DNA from: Eledone cirrhosa
Taxonomy: Eukaryota
DNA length: 64,000 nt
NCBI GenBank assembly: GCA_964016885.1
Contig: OZ024743.1
Span: 217,558,001 to 217,622,000 of the forward strand
Direction: 5' to 3'
The position numbers and the translations under genes were made by a program. The first letter of the stretch is position 1. The number at the start of each line of letters is the position of its first letter. Below are positions 54,947 through 64,000 of the stretch, in pieces. Under the pieces are notes generated by a model that saw only the letters and a list, made by a program, of their open reading frames with translations, did not search any database and was not told where the DNA came from.

Positions 54947-57061
54947 TCACTCACCCTTCGTCTCCTGGGAACCAGGCCGCACGATTTCCATGGGGGTGTT
55001 GTAGGGGTTGTCTGGATGGGTGGTGGTTTCCGGCGGGGTGGGGACGGAGATGTTTGGTGGGGTGGGGTCTGGTGGGATGGGGTGTCTGGGATGGGGAGAC
55101 ATTTGAGAAGGACGTGGTTGAGGGGTTTCACGCAGGAATTCCCCACATCCTTCTCAAATGTTTCTTTTAAGGACCTATAAATTTGTATAGCGACCCTAAT
55201 CGGTTTTAGGTTCAGTTTTTTGTTACTTTTAATAGAGTGGGCGAAAGTTTTCACTTCGGTGAAAACCGAAGGGTCGTTCGTGATGGTCTCCATTAGTGTT
55301 TTGTTTTCAGTGTTTATGTAAGTGTAAGTGTAATTTTCTTGTGTTGTGTTTGTTTTTGTCTGTAGTTCTTGTGTGTGCTTTCGTTTTGTTGTAGGTATTT
55401 TGTTTTCAGGAGGTGGGTTTTTGTTTGTGATGTTTTTGTTGTTTGTGTTGGTGGTTGTATGTTTGTGGTAGTGTTTGCTGGTTTTTTGCTTTTGTGATTC
55501 TTTTCTTTCTTTTCGAGCGATGGGGTTCTCCCTCGTCTTCACTGGGTGATGGCGAGATAGCCTCATCTGTTGTATCGTCTGTGTGATTGGGGAGGGGTAT
55601 GTCTTGGGGAGCTGTTGTGTCTGTATGTGATTTTGCAGTGGTTTTAGGTAGAGTGGTGTTGGGTGGGACTGTGTTTGTTGTGGTTATTTTTGTGTGTTGG
55701 TGTTGTTATTTTTGTGGTGGTATTGGTGGTTGTGTTGTTTTGATAGGTGTCGGCAGAAGAGCCTTTTTTTATTCATTAATGGCGGTGAATTGGCAGTATC
55801 GGTAGAGGGTCGAACGCCATGCTTTGCAGCATAGAGTTACGGCCCTTTATGATCTGAGTTCAAATCCCGCCGAGGTTAACTTTGCCTTTCATCTTTACGG
55901 GGTCGATAAAATAAAGTACCAGTGATACACAGGGTAAATTTCTGGCCTTGTGCCTAAAGTAGAAACAATTAATTTAGGACAGGAAGCCCTCAGGTGACCC
56001 CTGCTAAAGCAATGGTAACATGAAGGCCTCCTACCCTCAACCGAAAAGTTTATGTAGGTGAGTCCGTCCAGGAGTACACGTTGTGGGATCATAGCTATTC
56101 GCTCTGGGCTCATTTGCACCAGAACTTCAATGCTAGTCCCATTGAATACATCTCTGGAGGACTTTCCTACTGACAGTATTCTGTGTTCATCAAAATTGAT
56201 GAAGCCGCACAGTATCCACCATATGTTCACCTTTGGTGTGACACTCGTGATTCTGATCTTTTGTGTCCTTTTTCCCATGTATGTAGGGAAAAAGGTGTAC
56301 AGGTTGGATACAATTGGCGACACAGAGTAATTTTGGGCCGTCAATTGATCCTTCATGAGTACCGAAATACTCCCAAAAAGTTTGCTTCTTTTAATGAATG
56401 CAATATCATTCATTGAATTTTTGAAAACCATTTCAATTTCTTTCTGTGACAATTGGACTGGTTTTCGGGTAGAATTGGAAACTGTCCTAAAAACTATCGT
56501 TTTGAAAGCAGTTTCCTTGCGAATTTCTACCGGAGAATTGATGCTGAAAGCACCATTTTTTCGAAAGTGACATATCTCCTAGCGTCCTTTAAAAGTTGTT
56601 CAGCATTTGTTATGTCGAGATATATCAGTTCCTCCTTTTTTTGAACTTTCTCTGCAAAGGAGTTTTTGGTTTCTTTGTGGAATCCGTGTTGGTGGTGTTG
56701 TCATTATTGTTGTTATTGTTGTTGTTATTCTTGTTGTCACCGATGTTGATATTATTCGTATTTTCCTTGGTGTTGGTGTTGGTGTTGTTGTTGTCTTTGA
56801 TGCTGGTATTATTGGTGTTGTCTTTATTTTTTCTTTTTTGTTGTTGTCATTGTTGCTTTTATCATCATTATTGGTGTTGCTGTTATTTTTGTTGTTATTG
56901 AACTGTTTGGTGTCATTTGTGTTGTTTGGATATGAATTCGTTTTTACATTTTCATTTCGTCTTTCCATCTCTATAGTATCTAATGAAGAAGACGTTGTTG
57001 ACTGCGAGCTTTGTAGTCTTATCGCCTCTCCACCACCATTATCGTTGGACGCAGCGTTCAT
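54947..57061 (-). pseudogene. LINE B ORF1, interrupted by a SINE
   Basis: fragments 56600-57061, 55895-56452 (CYHCFSRGHLRASC), 54901-55566. Confidence 0.88.
55781..55967 (+). mobile_element. SINE family 1, 187 bp, with ATTAAT target-site duplication
   Basis: absent from paralogous LINE C (61625 ATTAAT-TTAGGACAGG); ATTAAT at 55775-55780 and 55968-55973. Confidence 0.93.
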
Positions 57062-57278
57062 AACGTAATCAAACTTTTACAATATTTTTTCCAAGATTCG
57101 ATGGAGAAAAAATTTAAAATGGATATTTCGCCCCTTTAGGGGCGATATTGAGTTGACGCACCACCTGACGGACCAGACGGGGGATCAGGTTACACAGTAA
57201 TATAAAATTTAACTAAAAACTCACGTTTTTATCTCACATAAATTAGCGGAAACTTCTCCGCGAAGTTACACACGTCTG

Positions 57279-57300
57279 ATAGATAGATAAATAGTTAGAT
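57279..57300. repeat. short (GATA)n spacer between LINE B and LINE C
   Basis: ATAGATAGATAAATAGTTAGAT. Confidence 0.9.
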
Positions 57301-57540
57301 ATGTTTCTTTATTAGCCACAGGGGCACAAAAGAAGGGGGAAAATACAAAGGGGGAAGTTTACATACAATAAAAACGTGTAAAATGTTATCACAAATGTAA
57401 TTTAAAAAGTTAGTCGATTTTCCCCAATAGGGGGAGACAGTTTATATGGGTAACACATACGCCCGAAAAAATGTGCAACCCTCATCTCCAGGAGTACGAA
57501 GAGTTTGTACTGCTTTCCTATCCTCCTCCTTTTCCTCAAT

Positions 57541-60500
57541 CTACAGGCTGATATAGAGAGCAGGCCCATTCACTCGGGCCATTCTCACCACTTTAACCCG
57601 CCTTTCATAAAACTTGTTGGGGTACAACACCTCTCTCTCCATCCTGATTCTTCTTCCAAAGTGGTATTTGAAAAAAAGGAATCAGTTGTTGGCCGGAGAG
57701 AAAGGTGTCTGACCTCAGCACTTTCAACCATGTCCACCATACAACCTCTTTCGCCATAGCTATCACACAAAGGAAAACCGCCTCTCCTTCGTTTTTGAAG
57801 GAGGGTGGCGGTTTGATCATGACAATGGACTCGGTGGTCAACAGGATTGGTCCCACCCTCGACAATAGTCGTTCTACATAGCCCCACAGGTCAGTGACGC
57901 CCGGGCAGTGTATGAATGCGTGCGCCGCGGTTTCTTCGTCTCACACTCACCTCGGACAGATCTTTTTTGTAGGGACCCTGCCCGAGCGCCCATGTCTGTA
58001 GAGCTTGTCTCGAACTGGTAGAGCTCCATGGTAGCACTGCCAGGAACTTTTGGAACTTGTCCATCGGTCCCGGGCGGAATGTCCTACCGAACAGACTGGC
58101 CAGTTGATCTTCCTCTACGCCTAGAGTTTCACTGAGCGCGTCGTCGCACTTGCTGCGGATCAACGCTCTATAGAATGACGAAGTGGAGTCTCAACTGATC
58201 GCCGGGTCCGCCTGCCAGAGGGCTATGAGCGCCTGAGCACATTCGATGTGCCAGTCGCCCATTTTCCTCGGTCTTTGCTTGATCCAGGACTGCAGCTCGG
58301 TCAGCGAGACGAGTCGTGGGAAGGCTCGCCTCACGAACGGGGCCCACAGCGGTTGTACGGTGAGGAATACGTGGAGGTGCCGCAGCCTGAGCGCGTGTTT
58401 GCGCATCGTCAGCCACGGCATCCCCAGCACTCCGTTAGAAGGGTGTTGGCAGCAGATGGATCTTCTCACCAAAGGATGCCGTTTCTTCCAAAGGAATTGG
58501 AAGAGCGCGCGCTCCATTTTGGTGAGCGTTTTGGCTGGACAAGGCACGACGGTCAAGCGGTAGTGATGGCGGACGCTATAAAAGTGTTCGACACCTTTCA
58601 AGGATAGTTTGCATTCGGCCCACTTCTGGGTGAGTGCAAACACGTTGGCCGTCACCTCGTTCCAGTTCTTCTCCACCTGGAGGTCCGGACCAAACCAGAC
58701 CCCGAGCAGTTTTACCGGTCCTTCCGTCCAGCGTCCGACGACGCCATCGTAGGGCATCGGTTTGCTTCTCCACGATCCGAGTTGCAAACCTATGGACTTG
58801 TCCCGGTTCAGCTTCGCTGCTGTGTAAGTTTCGTATTCCTTCAGTAAGGTGCCGACTTCCTCGATTCGCGAGGCGCTCGACACCATTACTGTCACGTCGT
58901 CGGCGTAGGCCGACGCCGCTTTCCGCTGTCCCGGTTCCAGAGGGATGCCCTGCAATAGCTCCAACTTCCGCAGTAGTGTTTCTAGAGTCAGTACGTACAG
59001 AAGGGAGGAGAGAGGGCATACCTCCGAGAGGTAGCCGTTCACCATGACCCTTGAGCAGATGATGCTGTTGTGCATTGCAGCAATCCAGCCCCTGAACACG
59101 GATTCGAAGCCTGCCGCCTCGAGCACCGCATCCAGGTAACAATGGTCAACCCTATCGAAAACCTTAGACTGATCCAAGTTGATCAGGACCCCACCGAAGC
59201 CGGGTTTAAACCCTACCCTCTCTATGATGTATCGCATGATGTGGAGGCTGGCGTGTATGGACCTGGTCGGTATTGCGCATGTCTGCGCTTCTCCCACCAG
59301 GTTCTCGACGACAAGCGCCAGCCTCTTTGCCAACACCTTGGCCAAAATCTGTAACTCTGTGTTTAGAAGAGTTATGGGCCGGAAGTTGCCTATGTCATCC
59401 CCCTTATTCTCGTCCTTCTTGACTAGTGTGACTACGCCTTCGGTCACAGAACTGGGAATTCTCCCGTTCTGTTGCCAGTTGCAGTAGACGGCTTCCAGGA
59501 GACCGGAGAATAAGTCCGGCATTGCTACGTAAAATTCGTAGGGTAAACCGTCGAGACCTGGCGATTTGCATTTGCCGCATTGGCTCAGCTCGTCCCCTAT
59601 CTCAGCGGCTGAAATCGGCTTCTCGCAGAACTTTGCCTCGCTGTCCGAGAGTCGCGGTAGGCCGTCGAGGTATGGACCTAAATCCATAGCCCCTCCCGGC
59701 GCCCCACCCTGCCCGAACAGTTGAGCAAAGTGTCAGTGAAAGGCCACACACATATGCTTCGGCTCACGTATCACGAGTCCGTTTTGGTCCTTCAAAGACC
59801 GAATCGTGGACTTGTTGCCACTTTTTTCCTCCGTACCTCGGGCCCAGCTAATAGCCTTGGCTCCCTCGTTTCCCAGAGCACGTATTTTTCTTCTGACAAA
59901 GCAGCCCTCGTGCTTTGCGTCGAGTGCTGTTTAACTAAAGTACTAATCTGTCAAGTGCTGTTTAACTAAAGTACTAATCTGATACTGTAGGCTTTGCATG
60001 TCGGTAACGACAAGTTCAGCTTCCAGTAGCCGGGTCCTTGTCTATGGGTTCTATCAAGGTTGGCCCTGCAGGTCACTAGTTTGTGATCTGAATAGGCAAC
60101 CATGAACATTTGTGGACAGCTTAACATGTCCCTATCCTTATTTCTAACTAGAACCCTATCTAGGTACGTTCTAGATGTTCCGCCGCGATTAGTCAACGTC
60201 CACAGTGGCACAGTCGGAAAATCTAGTCGAAATCTATCGGCCAGGTCAAATCGGTCGATTAACTGTTTGAGGCTGTTACACCCCCCCTTTATCGGGACAT
60301 GCTCCCACATAGTCCCAACGTGCATCTAGTATTCCATTCCAGTCCCCCACTAAAAGCAAGCAGCGGGACGTTCCCAGAAAAGTCTCTAGACGTTTGAAGA
60401 AGTCTGGCCGCGGTGTCCCGGATGGGGCATATGCAGCCACCAGCCTGAAGGCTCCACCTTCACTATCGTCAACGTCTAGGACCACCAGTGGACCCTCCGG

Positions 60501-60763
60501 GTCCAGATGTACCGTCTGTGTTACGAGGTCCAGGTGTTTTCGCAGCAAATGGGAAACCCCTCCCCCGCCCCCGGCCTACAGAGAGATGCGTAGGTCTCAA
60601 AGTCATCGAAGATGGGGGCTAACTGTCGCTCGCTGTGGATCCTGGACCCACAAATGGCTACTACATCCATACTGTGCGACCTGAGGTCGTTTAAGAGTTT
60701 GCCCTGTTTCCAGGGCATCCCCAGGCCGCGTACGTTCACACATCCTACTCTTATATTGGCCAT
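57541..60763 (-). pseudogene. LINE C ORF2 (APE-RT-zinc finger)
   Basis: 498 aa open RT segment 58191-59687 (YADD; QG motif deleted) plus APE fragments. Confidence 0.93.
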
Positions 60764-60796
60764 GTTGGTGCTTAAAATTTAAAGAGGAAAAGAAAT

Positions 60797-62700
60797 CACT
60801 CACCCTTCGTCTCCTGGGGTCCAGGCTACACGATTTCCATGGGGATGTTGGAGGGGTTGTCTGGGTGGGTGGTGGTTTCCTGTGGGGTGGTGACGGAGAT
60901 GTTTGGTGGAGTGGGGTCCGGTGAGATGGGCGTGTCTTGGGTGGGGAGACATTTGAGGACGCGGTTAAGTGGTTTCACGCAGGAATTCACCACATCCTTC
61001 TCAAATGTTTCTTTTAGGGACCTATAAATTTGTATAGGGACCCTAATCAGTTTTAGGTTCAGTTTTTTGTTATTTTTAATAGAGTGAGAGAAAGTTTTCC
61101 CTTCGGTTTTCACCGAAGGGTCGTTCGTGATGGTCTCCATAGTGTTTTGTTTTCAGTGTTTATGTAAATTTAAGTGTAATTTTCTTGTGTTGTGTTTGTT
61201 TTAGTCTGTAGTTCTTGTGTGTGCATTCGTTTTGTTGTAGGTATTTTGTTTTCAGGAGGTGGGGGTTTTGTTTGTGATGTTTTTGTTGTTTTTGTTGGTG
61301 GTTGTATGTTTGTGGTAGTGTTTGCGGGTTTTTATGCTCTTGTGATGTCTTTTCTTTCTTTTCCAGCGATGGGGTTCTTCCTCGTCTTCACTGGATGATG
61401 GCAAGATAGCCTCATCTGTTATATCGCCTGTGTGATTGGGGAGGGGTATGTCTTGGGGAGCTGTTGTGTCTGTATTTGATTTTGCAGTGGTTTTAGGTGG
61501 AGTGGGGTTGGGTGGGAGTGTGTTTGTTGTGGTTATTTTTGTGTGTTGGTGTTGTTGTTGTTGTGGTGGTGTTGGTGGTTGTATTATTTTGAAGGGTGTC
61601 GGCAGAAGAGTTTTTTTTTATTCATTAATTTAGGACAGGAAGCCCTCAGGTGACCCCTGCTAAAGCAGTGGTAACATGTAGGTGAGTCCGTCCAGGAGTA
61701 CACGTTGTGGGATCATAGCTATTCGCTCTGGGCTCATTTCCACCAGAACTTCAACGCTAGTCCCATTGAATACATCTCTGGGGGACTTTCCTACTGACAG
61801 TATTCTGTCTTTATCAAAATTGATGAAGCCGCACAGTATCCACCATATGTTTACCTTTGGTGTGACACTCGTGATTCTGATCTTTTGTGTCCTTTTTCCC
61901 CAAGTATGTAGGGAAAAAGGTATACAGGTTGTATACAATTGGCGACACATTAATTTTGGGCCGTCAATTGATCCTTCATGAGTACCGAAATACTCCCAAA
62001 GAGTTTGCTTCCTTGAATGAATGAAATATCATTCATTGAATTTTTGAAAACCATTTCAATTTCTTTCTGTGACAATTGGACTGGTTTTCGGGTAGAATTG
62101 GAAACTGTCCTAAAAACTATTCTTTTCAGAGCAGTTTCCTTGCGAATTTCTACCGGAGAATTGATGCTGAAACACCATTCTTTGCGAAAGTGACATATCT
62201 CCTAGCGTCCTTTAAAAGTTGTTCGGCATTTGTTATGTCAAGATATGTCAGTTCCTCTTTTTTCTGAACTGTCTGTGTAAAGGAGATTTTCGGTTTCTTT
62301 GTGGAATTATCCGTGTTGGTGGTGTTGTCATTATTGTTGTTATTGTTGTTGTTATTCTTGTTGTCACCGATGTTGATATTATTCGTATTTTCCTTGGTGT
62401 TGGTGTTGGTGTTGTTGTTGTCTTTGATGCTGGTATTATTGGTGTTGTCTTTATTTTTTCTTTGTTGTTGTTGTCATTGTTGTTTTTATCATTATTATTG
62501 GTGTTGTTGTTCTTTTTGTTGTCATTGTACTGTTTGGTCTCATTTGTGTTGTTTGGATATGAATTTGTTTTTACAATTTCATTTCGTCTTTCCTTCTCCA
62601 TAGTATCTATGGAGAAGGAAAGAGAAGAAGACGATGTTGACTGCGAGCTATGTAGTCTTACCGACTTTCCACCACCATTATCGTCGAACGCAGCGTTCAT
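60797..62700 (-). pseudogene. LINE C ORF1
   Basis: homologous to B ORF1; deletion just before the CCHC knuckle at about 61678. Confidence 0.85.
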
Positions 62701-62925
62701 AACGTAATCAAACTTCTTACGATATTTTTTCCAAAATTCGATGGAGAAAAAGTTTTTCAAACGAATATTTCCTCCCTGTAGGAGCGAAAATGAGGTGACC
62801 CACCACCTGAAGGTCCATACAGGGGGGGGGGTCAAGTTACACAATAATATAAAATTTACCTGAAACCTCACGTTTTTTTCTTACATAAATTAACGGAAAC
62901 TTCTCCGCGAAGTTACACACGTCTG

Positions 62926-62926
62926 G

Positions 62927-63011
<85 letters not shown>

Positions 63012-63032
63012 TGATTGATAGATATATAGATA
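62926..63032. repeat. (GATA)n array at 5' end of LINE C
   Basis: about 100 bp AGAT repeats directly abutting CACACGTCTG. Confidence 0.95.
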
Positions 63033-63654
63033 GACACGACTTCCTTCCATATATCTATCATTTCCCAAATACTTTTCTCAACAGTACAATAAAGAAATAA
63101 TTGTGCTTCTTGATTATATTTCGCTAAGTTTCTTCCACGCTTGTATCCCCTTAACGACAGTTTAATTAACGAATACTGTCTCATTATATAAAATCAATTA
63201 ATCTCCAGTTTTAATTAGCAATTAAAGAATCGAAACTGTCAGGGTTGCTTATGGTAAAAGAGGGCTGTAAATAATTCAAAATAGCATGGAAAAAATGAGT
63301 AAAACTTTAAAGTCTAAACCGAGCAGGAACGAATGTTATTATTGGTGCAGTGGAAGCGAGATTATATATCATTAAAATATTGTTATTGTGGATAACTTTC
63401 ATTGTTTTTATTAGGAGTATGCACTGGTTATACCTCATTGCAACTTTTCCAGAATAATGTCAGAATAAATTCCAGAATAATATTACAGAGAGAGCGGTAG
63501 TATGTATTGCACAATATTGGCTTTTGCATTACTTCAACGATAATGATTACTGATGAAAGTCACAGGCACCGAAAGACGAGCTGTTAGAAAAATGTGCTAC
63601 ATTGAATTATAATAATAATATAAATTACAATTGCATAATATCATTATATATATA

Positions 63655-64000
63655 TAATGTAAAATTACCACTAAGGACTCCACTTATTCATATATAGGAG
63701 CTACGTCTAACGAATTTAAAGTAAGATGTAATACTCACAAACATAGTTTTAAAAATACCGCATTAGCTAATACAACATCTTTGGCTGAAACAATTAATAA
63801 TTATAGAAAAAAGAATATCAATTACAACCTGGCCTGGAGCGTGCTCAAAAGGGCCACCCCTTATCAAAATAACAGATATGAGTGTAGATTATGGTCCCAG
63901 GAACTTTTTGAAATAATGAAATCTAAGTATATCCTATTAAATAAGCGACAAGAATTAATTATATCTTGCAATCATAGCATTAGAAGAGCCTTCAAATATT
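63655..64000 (+). pseudogene. PLE GIY-YIG fragment, same family as 44787-45353, runs off window
   Basis: YSYIGATSNEFKVR...HKHSFKNTALANTTSLAE...ECRLWSQELFEIMKS. Confidence 0.85.

Larger units (their letters stand above)
51278..57278 (-). mobile_element. full-length L1/Tx1-clade LINE, copy B (decayed)
   Basis: ORF1 plus ORF2; 5' end CAGACGTGTGTAAC; GATA repeats at both ends. Confidence 0.93.
57301..62925 (-). mobile_element. full-length L1/Tx1-clade LINE, copy C (decayed)
   Basis: collinear with B, with independent lesions; GATA repeats at both ends. Confidence 0.93.

Noticed and set aside
56596-57068. Val/Leu-rich plus-strand ORFs (also 20301-20519, 62219-62707) as membrane proteins
   Set aside because: Antisense reading of CAA-rich ORF1 low-complexity linkers.

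Overview
Eukaryotic, AT-rich, microsatellite-saturated DNA made up almost entirely of transposable elements. The SINE types and repeat landscape suggest an octopus-like mollusc (inference). No intact host gene could be supported. Main contents: (i) three full-length but decayed L1/Tx1-clade LINEs plus one 5'-truncated copy, all on the minus strand and all ending in (GATA)n arrays; three of the four are stacked head-to-tail at 50.7-62.9 kb, suggesting a (GATA)n-microsatellite-targeting retrotransposon; (ii) several Penelope-like elements (RT, CxCx5C linker, C-terminal GIY-YIG; Hydra-clade-like) and many short fold-back pseudo-LTR derivatives in (TA)n, carrying at least four structurally different type I hammerhead ribozyme designs, including one with a U3-A8 core variant and long stem II; (iii) about a dozen tRNA-derived SINEs, often as dimers; (iv) four non-autonomous Helitrons, one with an empty-site paralog, plus mariner and RTE remnants. 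Most short ORFs in the track are microsatellite or antisense artefacts. Boundaries were read by eye and are approximate unless stated.
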